Part shown: positions 55,269 to 64,000 of the stretch, in pieces
Layout of the letters: each line of letters begins with the position of its first letter
Position numbering within the stretch: position 1 is the stretch's first letter
Origin: a virus
Reading direction: 5' to 3' (one strand)
DNA length: 64,000 nt
Virus record (IMG/VR): IMGVR_UViG_3300042375_000684
Made by a program: the position numbers and the translations under genes
Notes under the pieces: model-generated
Seen by the model: the letters and a program-made list of their open reading frames with translations, nothing else
The model's database searches: none
What the model was told of the DNA's origin: nothing

Positions 55269-56315
55269 ATGGAAATCAAAAAAGGTTTTAACGAAGTAGA
55301 ATCAAAGTATAAGTTCGGTAATAATGAATCATTTACCAAATATGTACTTGAACGAGGTGGCAAGATAAAGCCTCTCATTATCCCATCAGAACTAACTAAT
55401 GGAACTGGATTAATGAATCCGACCATTTATAGATTGCCTGATGGTAGATTAATTGTCAATATCCGACACGTAAATTATACATTCTATCATTCCGAACGAA
55501 AACTATTGCAGCACCAATGGGGGCCACTTACTTATTTACACCCTGAAAATGATATGCATTTACGAACAACTAATTATTACTGTGAATTGGATAATGATCT
55601 TAATATCACTGGATTCTGTAAAATAGATACATCAAAATTTGACACATATGAGCCAATGTGGGATTTTGTTGGTCTCGAAGATGTCCGTCTTGTACTTTGG
55701 AATGAAAAACTTTATGCAACAGGTGTTCGTAGAGATACAACTACAAATGGTCAGGGTAGAATGGAGTTATCAGAACTTCAATACATTGAAGGTAAAATGA
55801 CTGAAGTTTCTAGAGTCAGAATACCACCGCCAAAAGATCCAAATTCATATTGTGAAAAGAATTGGATGCCAGTTATTGATGAAGACTATACGTATGTAAA
55901 ATGGTCTAATCCAACAGAGGTAGTCAAAGTAGATCCTATTGATGCTAAATCAACTACAATAAAATTAAGTGAATACTTTCCAGCACCAAACGATTTTAGA
56001 GGTGGAACACAAGTAATTCCACTTGGTATTGATGGGCAAAGAATAGCTCTTGTTCATGAAGTTGATTTATTTAGAAGTGAACACGATAGAAAAGATGCAG
56101 TTTATAGACATCGCTTTATAGTCTGGGATAAAGATTGGAATATTGTAAAGTATACAAATGATTTTTCAATGATGAATGGACACGTAGAATTTGCAGTTGG
56201 AATGTGTCATCATAATAATGGTGAAGTTTTAATTACATTTGGTTTTCAAGATAATGCTGCATATATTTTGCAAACTAATATTCAGGACATAATTGATTTT
56301 ATAAATGATAATTGA
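55269..56315 (+). CDS. Five-bladed beta-propeller glycoside hydrolase/phosphorylase-like protein (GH43/GH130-like fold)
   Basis: LMNPTI, GLEDVRL, CEKNWMP, FRGGT, VEFAVG motifs; ATG 55269 follows GAGGTG SD. Confidence 0.6.
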   Translation: MEIKKGFNEVESKYKFGNNESFTKYVLERGGKIKPLIIPSELTNGTGLMNPTIYRLPDGRLIVNIRHVNYTFYHSERKLLQHQWGPLTYLHPENDMHLRTTNYYCELDNDLNITGFCKIDTSKFDTYEPMWDFVGLEDVRLVLWNEKLYATGVRRDTTTNGQGRMELSELQYIEGKMTEVSRVRIPPPKDPNSYCEKNWMPVIDEDYTYVKWSNPTEVVKVDPIDAKSTTIKLSEYFPAPNDFRGGTQVIPLGIDGQRIALVHEVDLFRSEHDRKDAVYRHRFIVWDKDWNIVKYTNDFSMMNGHVEFAVGMCHHNNGEVLITFGFQDNAAYILQTNIQDIIDFINDN

Positions 56316-57132
56316 TTGCTTTTCTTATTTTAATGAGGAAGAACTTCTAGAATTAAGATTAAGACTACTATATAATAAAGTAGATAAATTCATAATTACA
56401 GAAGCAGACCACACTCATAGCGGTTTACCGAAACAAATGACACTTTTAAACACTCTCAAGAGAATGGATATTTCTCTTGAGAAAATCTGGTATGTTCCAG
56501 TTATGTTGCCTTCACTTGCACAAGAACCGAATAATTGGGTACGTGAGCGTATGCAAAGAGATGCAGCTACATCATATATTAGAGAAACAGACATTGCATT
56601 TATTGGTGATTGTGATGAGATTTTAAATCCGGCACATATAGAATATATGAAATACATCAAAGAAAATCACCCAAATGAGATTTTGAGAACACCACTTGCA
56701 TATTTGTGTGGTAGAGCAGATTTAAGAGTTTATAATCAAAATGAAGAACAGATGCAATGGAATACCCCATTTTTAGTTTCTGGACAACAATTAAAACATT
56801 ATACACTTTCAGAAATTCGTGAAGATCATGCTTGGGGTTTTCATAGATTGCAAGATATTTTTATAACAGAAGATGGTTATTTAAAAGAACTTGGTTGGCA
56901 TTTTACTTGGATGGGAAATCAAGAAAGATTAAAAACAAAAATTAAAAATTATAGCCACGCTGGTGAACATACTCTAGATGAAAACTTTAGTGCATCAGAA
57001 AATTCATTTGATCCACTCGGAAGAAAAGATCATATATTAAAAAGATATAATATAAACAATTTACCGAACTTGATATTAGAAAATAACAGAATTAGAAAGT
57101 ATCTATTACCAGATGAAAATACTTTTTCATGA
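56305..57132 (+). CDS. GT17-like (beta-1,4-GlcNAc transferase family) glycosyltransferase
   Basis: IIDCFSYFNE.ELLELRL....VDKFIITEADHTHSGLPK, ERMQRD, GDCDEI, GWHFTW. Confidence 0.8.
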   Translation: MIIDCFSYFNEEELLELRLRLLYNKVDKFIITEADHTHSGLPKQMTLLNTLKRMDISLEKIWYVPVMLPSLAQEPNNWVRERMQRDAATSYIRETDIAFIGDCDEILNPAHIEYMKYIKENHPNEILRTPLAYLCGRADLRVYNQNEEQMQWNTPFLVSGQQLKHYTLSEIREDHAWGFHRLQDIFITEDGYLKELGWHFTWMGNQERLKTKIKNYSHAGEHTLDENFSASENSFDPLGRKDHILKRYNINNLPNLILENNRIRKYLLPDENTFS

Positions 57133-58072
57133 AAATCAATTAACAGAAAGAGGCACTTCTGTTGCAATGTTTGATTATGCATATTATGCAAGAGAACTAT
57201 TAGATATAGAACCAATAATTACTTATAGAAATGAAAATAGTAAACCACAAGCAATTCAAAGGTTTAAAAATAATTTTGAAGTATTTTCATATGACACATT
57301 TGATGATGTAGAAACTTACATATCTAAAAATTCAATAGATGCTTTCTATGCTATTAAATATGGATATCATGATGGAATAGTTTCTTCTAATACTAAAAAT
57401 TTAATTCATTCTGTATTCTGCAAACATAGAGAATATATGCACGGTGAAAGATATGCTGTAGTTTCTGAATGGCAATCACATTTTAATGACATACCTTATG
57501 TACCACATATTTTAAATCTTTATGATACCACCGAAACTTTGAGAGATAATCTTAATATACCAAAAGATGCACTGGTAATAGGACGTCATGGTGGTTTTGA
57601 TACATTTAATATTGATTTTGTAATTGATAGCATTAAAGAGATATTAGATAAAAGATCAGATATTTGGTTTTTATTCTTAAATACCGAAAAGAAATTAGAG
57701 CATCAAAGAGTCATATATCTAGATGCAACAGTAGATTTAAAAGAAAAAACAAAATTTATTAACACATGTGACGCAATGATACATGCCAGAGATTACGGTG
57801 AGACCTTCGGTCTTTCAGTTTTAGAATTTGCGGCAAAAGATAAACCTATTATCTCATATGATAATGAATATCTACAGACAAATCACCAATTAGGCGGAAG
57901 AAACCATTTTCTATTTTTACAAGATCATTGTTATAAATATTCACACAAAGGAGATTTAGATAACATATTTCTTAATATTGAAAGAAATACTTCGTTTAAT
58001 ACGAGTTATCTATTGGATAAATTTTCTCCGCAATCTGTAATGAAATTATTTGAAGAAAGATTTTTAGTATGA
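57113..58072 (+). CDS. GT-B (GT4-like) glycosyltransferase
   Basis: ERGTSVAMFDYA, GRHGG.DTF, CDAMIHAR..GETFGLSVLEF. Confidence 0.75.
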   Translation: MKILFHENQLTERGTSVAMFDYAYYARELLDIEPIITYRNENSKPQAIQRFKNNFEVFSYDTFDDVETYISKNSIDAFYAIKYGYHDGIVSSNTKNLIHSVFCKHREYMHGERYAVVSEWQSHFNDIPYVPHILNLYDTTETLRDNLNIPKDALVIGRHGGFDTFNIDFVIDSIKEILDKRSDIWFLFLNTEKKLEHQRVIYLDATVDLKEKTKFINTCDAMIHARDYGETFGLSVLEFAAKDKPIISYDNEYLQTNHQLGGRNHFLFLQDHCYKYSHKGDLDNIFLNIERNTSFNTSYLLDKFSPQSVMKLFEERFLV

Positions 58073-58689
58073 GTCAATATCCAAATTTACAAATAGATAG
58101 CCCTATTGAGACATATGAAATTATGACTCAACACATAAAGACACTGAAAGGTGTTGAGGGACTAAGCTGTGAAGTAGGACTTCGCCGAGGCGGGGGAACT
58201 AAAGTAATACTCGATTCATTTATGGAAAATGAAGATAAACGTGTTCATATCTGCATGGACCCATATGGAAATATTATTTACAATGATATAGTAGGTCCAC
58301 ATCGAAGTGACTATACAGATGATATGAAAAATGAGACACTTGCAGAACTATACCGATATGCATTTGATAATAGAATTAATATTCTTTTCTTTAATATGGA
58401 AGACTCTGAATTTTATAGAAGATTTACAGATGGTGTTCCTGTTTACGATCAAGAAAAGAAAATGCTGAATACATATTGTTTTGTCCATATTGACGGTCAG
58501 CATGATATAGAATCAGTCAGATTAGCCGCAAATTTCTTTATTCCAAGAATGTCAATTAGAGGGCTTCTTGTTTTTGATAACACTGATCATTATGATCATT
58601 CACCTATACACAATTTAATGCTTAATAACAAGTTTATTATGGTTGACGATGTATTGAATAGAAAACTATATAAGAGAGTTTTGATATGA
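58069..58689 (+). CDS. Class I methyltransferase (TylF/Methyltransf_24-like)
   Basis: CEVGLRRGGG motif I, FVHIDGQHD, GLLVFDN. Confidence 0.72.
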   Translation: MSQYPNLQIDSPIETYEIMTQHIKTLKGVEGLSCEVGLRRGGGTKVILDSFMENEDKRVHICMDPYGNIIYNDIVGPHRSDYTDDMKNETLAELYRYAFDNRINILFFNMEDSEFYRRFTDGVPVYDQEKKMLNTYCFVHIDGQHDIESVRLAANFFIPRMSIRGLLVFDNTDHYDHSPIHNLMLNNKFIMVDDVLNRKLYKRVLI

Positions 58690-59939
58690 TAGAAGATTTA
58701 CTTAATCAATTTGCTTTAAATCCAAATGATCCAGAGATTAATTTTAAAATGGCAAGATACTATGATGAAATAGGTCAGACTGCATCTGCTGTTTCCTATT
58801 ATATTAGAACAGCTGAAAGAACAGAAGATCTTCTTCTGCGATATGAATGTCTATTGCATGGTGCAAATTGCTTTGAGCGACAAGGTACTCGTAGATTTAC
58901 TGTAAAAGGTATGCTTCAACAGGCAATTACTATTTTACCGAAAAGACCTGAGGCATATTATATATTAAGTAGACTATATGAATACAATGATACAAATGAG
59001 GGTAGATACTTAGACTCATATACAATGTGTTCTATAGCACTTCAAGTTTGTGATTTTAATAATAAAGAATTGAGAGTACCAGTAAATTATCCAGGTAAAT
59101 ATGCTCTATTATTTCAAAAGGGCGTAATGGGTTGGTGGAATGGTTTACAAGAAGAAACAAAATCAATTCTTTTGGATCTTCATATGAATTGGGACATGAA
59201 TGATGAATTTGCAAATTCAGTTAAGAATAATTTAGTAAATATGAATGCATTTGCTTCCAAATCATTGACAACATACTCTAAATCTAAATTATATAAATTG
59301 CGCTGGAAATTTGAAAGTCTTGAAGATATAGAACAGAATTATTCTGAAGCATATCAAGATATGTTTGTTCTTACTGTATTAAATGGTAAAAAGAATGGAA
59401 CATATGTAGAAATTGGATCAGGTCATCCTACATATGGAAATAATAGTTATCTATTGGAAAAAGATTTTGGCTGGACTGGAATGTCAGTTGATATAAGTGA
59501 AGAATTTATAGCAAAACATAATGCAGAAAGAAAACATACAGCAATATTAAAAGATGCAACAACAATAAATTATGGTACTTATTTTAAGTCACTCGGTTTT
59601 GGTACTGAAATAGATTACTTACAGATTGATGTTGATCCAGCTGAAATATCACTGAAAGTTCTTTACACAATCCCGTTTGAAACTTACAAGTTTTCAGTAA
59701 TTACGTTCGAACACGACCATTACGCAGACCCAAAAAGTAATGTCAGAGAAAAGGCAAGACAATTCTTAGAATCATTTGGTTATGTTCTTGCGGTGTCAAA
59801 TATCTCACCAGATGAAAATAGACCATATGAAGATTGGTTTGTACATAGAGATGAATATGAAAAAGTAAAACATCTAGTTGATACTTCAGATAAAACAAAA
59901 TGTGCAGAAAACTTTATGTTTGGTGCCTATAATGAATAA
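58686..59939 (+). CDS. TPR domain + FkbM-like methyltransferase fusion
   Basis: TPR-like helices (PNDPEINF.MARYY, PKRPEAYYILSRLY); YSEAYQDMFV, YVEIGSG, IDYLQIDVDP, VITFEHD. Confidence 0.75.
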   Translation: MIEDLLNQFALNPNDPEINFKMARYYDEIGQTASAVSYYIRTAERTEDLLLRYECLLHGANCFERQGTRRFTVKGMLQQAITILPKRPEAYYILSRLYEYNDTNEGRYLDSYTMCSIALQVCDFNNKELRVPVNYPGKYALLFQKGVMGWWNGLQEETKSILLDLHMNWDMNDEFANSVKNNLVNMNAFASKSLTTYSKSKLYKLRWKFESLEDIEQNYSEAYQDMFVLTVLNGKKNGTYVEIGSGHPTYGNNSYLLEKDFGWTGMSVDISEEFIAKHNAERKHTAILKDATTINYGTYFKSLGFGTEIDYLQIDVDPAEISLKVLYTIPFETYKFSVITFEHDHYADPKSNVREKARQFLESFGYVLAVSNISPDENRPYEDWFVHRDEYEKVKHLVDTSDKTKCAENFMFGAYNE

Positions 59940-60717
59940 GATACCTGTGATAGGAGCTGCTGTTGTAAATAGCAGTTTCTGGGTTTCAAGATTACTTTTA
60001 AGTGTTGACTATCCAGTGGAAAATTTTGTAATTATAAACAATAATGGACGTGGTATTATTGATGAAGAATTAAACAATATAGTCAAGTTAAAGCACCGCT
60101 ATATAGATAAAATAAAAGTAGTTCATATGCCTGCTAATATAGGATGTGCAGGTGCTTGGAATTTAATTATTAAGTGTTATATGAATGCAGCATATTGGAT
60201 AATTGCTAATGATGATGTTGCTTTTAAACCAGGATTATTAAAAGAATTTAATGATATCATGATAAATGATTCAGAAATTGGAACAATACATCCAAACCCT
60301 GGTGATTTTGAAATTGGTGCGTGGGATTTATTTGCAATACACGAAAGAGCAGTCAAGAAACTAGGGTTATTTGACGAAAATACATATCCCGCATATTGTG
60401 AAGATGCAGATTATATTATGAAAATGGTGAACAAAGGTGTCAAGAAAATTGTAGGATTACAATCAGGTTATTTACATGGTACTGGAGATGCCGAAGCATA
60501 CTATGAACATGGAAGACAAACTGAAAAATCTGACGAGAATTTAGCACAAATATTACAAATTTCTAATGCACTTAATATAGAATATCTTACCCGCAAATGG
60601 GGTCCTGGTTGGAGAACTGTATGTCCACATGTACTACCCTTTGCTGGAGAAGAACGAGATATTAGTTATTCACTATATGATCTCGAATTTGTCAGAAGAA
60701 AACATACAGGATTTTAA
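59932..60717 (+). CDS. GT2-like glycosyltransferase
   Basis: NIGCAGAWN, IIANDDVAF, GLFDENTYPAYCEDADY; ATG 59932. Confidence 0.78.
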   Translation: MNKIPVIGAAVVNSSFWVSRLLLSVDYPVENFVIINNNGRGIIDEELNNIVKLKHRYIDKIKVVHMPANIGCAGAWNLIIKCYMNAAYWIIANDDVAFKPGLLKEFNDIMINDSEIGTIHPNPGDFEIGAWDLFAIHERAVKKLGLFDENTYPAYCEDADYIMKMVNKGVKKIVGLQSGYLHGTGDAEAYYEHGRQTEKSDENLAQILQISNALNIEYLTRKWGPGWRTVCPHVLPFAGEERDISYSLYDLEFVRRKHTGF

Positions 60718-60718
60718 A

Positions 60719-61456
60719 ATGTTACCAATTTCAGTAGGAATACTTTCGTGGAACTCACCTGAAGTTCTAGAAGAGACAATAAAAACTTATATAATGAATG
60801 GACTTTTTAATCTAGTTTCAGATATAACAATTCTATTTCAAGAAGTTACTAAAGAGGATAAAGCACTTGCTAAAAAATATGGCATTCCTTTCATTGGTTT
60901 AGATACAAATGTAGGCATTGGTAAAGCAATGCAAATACTAGCCGAACAAGCAACAGAAGAATATTTTCTATTTCTTGAAAATGATTGGCAATTAATTGAA
61001 ACTAAAGAAACTACAAAGAAAAGATTAATTGGATCCATAGATCTTTTAGAAGAAGATTATCAGTGCATAAGACTAAGATCTAGACGAACACCTGGATATC
61101 CTTTATTTTCAGAAGTTTATAGGGATAATGAATTAAATCATTACGATGAAAATACTGGTTTAATTTCTCCGCATCTCTTTGATTGTATTCATTGGATTGA
61201 AGAACCTGATCTAAAATTTGAGCAAATTAGAAAGCATAAATATCACTACATTACAACATCGCGTTGGTCTAATTGGACCAATAATCCGTGTTTATTCAAG
61301 ACAGAATTTATTCCAGATATTATTGATCCATTTATCCAAGATAATCTTCTTGAACCATCAATTTCAAGATGGTGGGCAGAACAGAATTTTAATGTTGCAT
61401 GGGGTGAAGGTTTATTTAAACATGTTGATTTTAAGAAATATGGAGATATATATTAA
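60719..61456 (+). CDS. GT-A (GT2-like) glycosyltransferase
   Basis: ISVGILSWN, NVGIGKA, FLFLENDW, WTNNPCL; ATG 60719. Confidence 0.68.
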   Translation: MLPISVGILSWNSPEVLEETIKTYIMNGLFNLVSDITILFQEVTKEDKALAKKYGIPFIGLDTNVGIGKAMQILAEQATEEYFLFLENDWQLIETKETTKKRLIGSIDLLEEDYQCIRLRSRRTPGYPLFSEVYRDNELNHYDENTGLISPHLFDCIHWIEEPDLKFEQIRKHKYHYITTSRWSNWTNNPCLFKTEFIPDIIDPFIQDNLLEPSISRWWAEQNFNVAWGEGLFKHVDFKKYGDIY

Positions 61457-62232
61457 TGCATAAAGTAATTCTTGTAACTGGTGGTTTCGATCCTCTACAT
61501 AGTGGACATATTGCATATTTTGAAGAAGCAAAGAAATTAGGTAATACATTGGTAGTCGGTGTCAATAGCGATGAATGGTTATCTCGTAAAAAAGGCCAAC
61601 CATTTATGGATGTGAATGAGAGAATGTCAATCATAAAACATCTATCCATGGTAGACGCTGCTATTATATTTGATGATTCTGATGGGACTGCAAAAGCAGC
61701 AATAAGATATTGTTTAAATGCATATCCAGAGTCCGAAATTATCTTTGCAAATGGTGGTGATAGAACAAAAGCAAATATACCTGAAATGGAACTTGTTTGT
61801 GATGATTCCGAAACAAAGAGACTAAAATATGTTTTTGGTATCGGTGGAACACATAAAATGAATTCCAGTAGTAAAATACTGACCGAATGGAAGACACCAA
61901 AAACAGAACGAAAGTGGGGTTATTATAGAGTATTACACTCTGATGGACCATCACTCAAAGTCAAAGAGTTAGTTGTGGAACCCGGGAAATCATTGAGTGT
62001 TCAGAAACACAATCTAAGAAGTGAACATTGGATAGTTTCTGAAGGTATTGCGACAGTAAATTATGGTGACCATCCCGCCGCTCTTTCAACTACAAAATTG
62101 GAAAAACACGATGAGATTCATATCTCAGTTGGCAAATGGCATCAACTTGTAAATGAGACGAACAATGAAGTCCGAATTGTTGAAATCCAATTCGGAGTTA
62201 ATTGTATCGAGGAAGATATTATTCGGATTTGA
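61456..62232 (+). CDS. Cytidylyltransferase-family nucleotidyltransferase fused to a ManC/PMI-type cupin
   Basis: TGGFDPLHSGH (HxGH), FANGGDR; ERKWGYYRVL, LSVQKHNLRSEHW, WHQL. Confidence 0.82.
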   Translation: MHKVILVTGGFDPLHSGHIAYFEEAKKLGNTLVVGVNSDEWLSRKKGQPFMDVNERMSIIKHLSMVDAAIIFDDSDGTAKAAIRYCLNAYPESEIIFANGGDRTKANIPEMELVCDDSETKRLKYVFGIGGTHKMNSSSKILTEWKTPKTERKWGYYRVLHSDGPSLKVKELVVEPGKSLSVQKHNLRSEHWIVSEGIATVNYGDHPAALSTTKLEKHDEIHISVGKWHQLVNETNNEVRIVEIQFGVNCIEEDIIRI

Positions 62233-62248
62233 TTCTGTTTTATTTTCA

Positions 62249-62262
62249 TGGATGATAATCCA
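62249..62262. promoter_or_regulatory. 14-bp near-palindrome TGGATGATAATCCA (operator candidate, copy 2)
   Basis: One mismatch from the palindrome at 38617-38630, same position relative to the -10 box. Confidence 0.62.
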
Positions 62263-62290
62263 ATTATACCATACATGTAGAACCTGTCAA
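62263..62290 (-). promoter_or_regulatory. Antisense sigma70-type promoter TTGACA-N16-TATAAT with extended -10 (copy 2)
   Basis: Minus strand reads TTGACA ggttctacatgtatgg TATAAT; points into the nucleotidyltransferase-cupin gene. Confidence 0.75.
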
Positions 62291-62311
62291 CCAAAAGTGT
62301 CGTTCATTAAG

Positions 62312-62319
62312 TATAAATA
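62312..62319 (+). promoter_or_regulatory. T4-type late promoter TATAAATA for the neck operon
   Basis: Exact consensus 31 nt upstream of gp13. Confidence 0.8.
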
Positions 62320-62349
62320 GAAAAAACTTACACATCATTAGGTGATAAA

Positions 62350-63102
62350 ATGGCTCAACCAAGAACTAGAAGAGATTTTAAAGAGTATTGCCTAAGAAAA
62401 TTAGGCCACCCGGTTATTCAGATAAATGTGTCAGATGAACAAATTGATGATCGTGTAGAAGAAGCATTATCGTTCTGGCAAGATTATCACTACAATGGTT
62501 CCGATCTTGTTTACCTTAGACACATGTTGACTCAAGGAGAAATAGATCAAGGTTATGTGGATTTAAATAACACTGAATATGCTAATTTACTTGGTGTTGT
62601 TCGCATTTTTGATCTATATTCATCTATTTCAACTGGTACTGGCATGTTTAACGTGCAATACCAATTTGTTCTAAATAACTTGCAGGATCTTACAGGTTAC
62701 TCTATTCAAAACTATTATATGACTATGCAGCATATCCGTTTTATCCAAGAATGGCTTGTTGGTTTACCTTTAATTAGATATAACAAGCATACTAATAAAC
62801 TTTACATTGATCAGAGTAAAGCAAAATTAACCCCTGGCTATTATGTTATTATTGAAGCGTATGCACCTATTGATGATGCAAATCCAGATATTTGGAGTGA
62901 TAGGTTTCTTCAAAATTATACAACTGCACTTATTAAAGAACAGTGGGGTTCAAATCTTACCAAGTTCGTGAATATGCAACTTGTTGGTGGCATCCAATTC
63001 AACGGCGAACAAATACTTGCTGATGGAAGAGATGAACGCAAGGCTATGGAAGAAGAAGCAAAAAGTTCTCTACAACCACTTACTTACAATTTCTCTGGAT
63101 AA
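62350..63102 (+). CDS. gp13: Neck protein gp13
   Basis: FKEYCLRKLGHPVIQINVSDEQIDDRVEEAL..WQDYHYNG, YTTALIKEQWGSNLTKF.NMQLVGGIQFNG. Confidence 0.93.
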   Translation: MAQPRTRRDFKEYCLRKLGHPVIQINVSDEQIDDRVEEALSFWQDYHYNGSDLVYLRHMLTQGEIDQGYVDLNNTEYANLLGVVRIFDLYSSISTGTGMFNVQYQFVLNNLQDLTGYSIQNYYMTMQHIRFIQEWLVGLPLIRYNKHTNKLYIDQSKAKLTPGYYVIIEAYAPIDDANPDIWSDRFLQNYTTALIKEQWGSNLTKFVNMQLVGGIQFNGEQILADGRDERKAMEEEAKSSLQPLTYNFSG

Positions 63103-63105
63103 TAA

Positions 63106-63786
63106 ATGGCAAACTATAGTCACATACCATATACTTACATGATAGGTTGGTCCAAACAAAAAAAATATTATTACGGTGTGCAATTCGGTAAAAATGCAAA
63201 CCCAAATAATTTATGGAAAACTTATTTTACATCTTCTAACAATGTAAAAAAGTTTATAGAAAATTATGGTGATCCAGATATAATAGAAATACGAAAAACT
63301 TTTTTGACCCCGTGCAAAGCTAGAGCATGGGAAACTAAAGTGATTCAACGAATGAATTTAGTTGAAAATCAAAATTGGTTAAATAAAACAGATAACACAT
63401 CAAAATTTTATTTTGAAGGTCCTCGAGGCCCCAGAAGTAAAGAGCACACTGAAAAACTTAGAAAATCTCATATTGGTAAAAAAATAACAGCCGAACACAA
63501 AGAAAAGCTTCATACTGGAAGAAGAAATTCAAAAAACACTCCAGAACACACTGCAGCTATACTTAAAGCAGTTAAAGGGAAGAAACATACCGAAAAATCC
63601 AGAAAAAATATGGCTGATGCTTATGCAAAAAGAGATATCGAAGAAGTTAAAAATAATGCTAGTAATGCTGGAAAGAAAAGTGCCGCGTTATACAAGAATG
63701 ATCCAGAAAGACAAGCTGCACATAGTGAAAGAATGAAAATGTGGTGGGCAGCGCGCGGACAACTTCTATCTATGGAAGGACAATAA
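63106..63786 (+). mobile_element. Free-standing homing endonuclease (GIY-YIG-like N-terminus + NUMOD3-like repeats)
   Basis: PYTYMIGW...YYYGVQFGKNANP..LWKTYFTSS...WE..VI...N...NWLN; basic C-terminal SKEHTEKLRKSHIGKKITAEHKEKL / KGKKHTEKSRKNM repeats; sits between gp13 and gp14. Confidence 0.75.
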
Positions 63787-63787
63787 A

Positions 63788-64000
63788 ATTTCTACAAATG
63801 TATTTTTCCAGAACTATAACTATTTCAATGAGCAACAACTCATTGATGATCTAGTTATAGAGTCAATCCAGATCTTTGGCGTTGATACATATTATGTGTC
63901 AAGAACGTCATCAGCGTTTGATCATATAATGAATGAAGATAGGCTTACAGTTTTTGATGCTGCATATCAAATGGATATGTATGTTAAGACAGTTGATGGA
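63788..64000 (+). CDS. gp14: Neck protein gp14, 5' part, apparent ATT start codon
   Basis: Frame reads (I/M)STNVFFQNYNYFNEQQLIDDLVIESIQIFGVDTYYVSRT...D.IMNED......AYQMDMYVKTVDG, the gp14 N-terminus; SD GAAGGA at 63775-63780; runs off the window. Confidence 0.85.
   Translation, partial: MSTNVFFQNYNYFNEQQLIDDLVIESIQIFGVDTYYVSRTSSAFDHIMNEDRLTVFDAAYQMDMYVKTVDG

Noticed and set aside
62142-62249. 35-codon minus-strand ORF (MKIKQNQIRII...) starting just downstream of antisense promoter copy 2
   Set aside because: No SD, no recognisable protein, and copy 1 has no ATG at the equivalent position, so the conserved element is unlikely to exist to express it.
63106-63786. Group I intron around the endonuclease
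   Set aside because: Only 3 nt before and 1 nt after the ORF; gp13 ends normally, leaving no room for intron core elements.

Overview
Late (virion-morphogenesis) region of a large, AT-rich T4-superfamily myovirus. All credible genes lie on the + strand. Order: gp48-like C-terminus, split gp53, hub, gp5 (with a C-terminal GH19 muramidase), an M15 peptidase protein, gp25, gp6, gp7, gp8 and a VrlC/DUF4815-type protein, then about 50 kb of fibre/adhesin genes and glycan-tailoring genes occupying the position where T4 has gp9-wac, then gp13, a free-standing homing endonuclease and the start of gp14. The 50 kb island resolves into two parallel units: paralogous beta-helix protein + partner + collagen-like fibre with S74 chaperone + adhesins/chaperones + a glycosyltransferase/sugar-nucleotide operon behind a T4 late promoter (TATAAATA). 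Both glyco operons end in the same 27-bp element (26/27 identical), which reads on the minus strand as a consensus sigma70 promoter (TTGACA-N16-TATAAT, extended -10) with a 14-bp palindrome over the predicted +1, aimed antisense into the operon and back-to-back with the next late promoter. gp14 appears to start at an ATT codon. No tRNA, rRNA, CRISPR array or reverse transcriptase was seen. All family assignments are from motif recognition by eye, not database searches.
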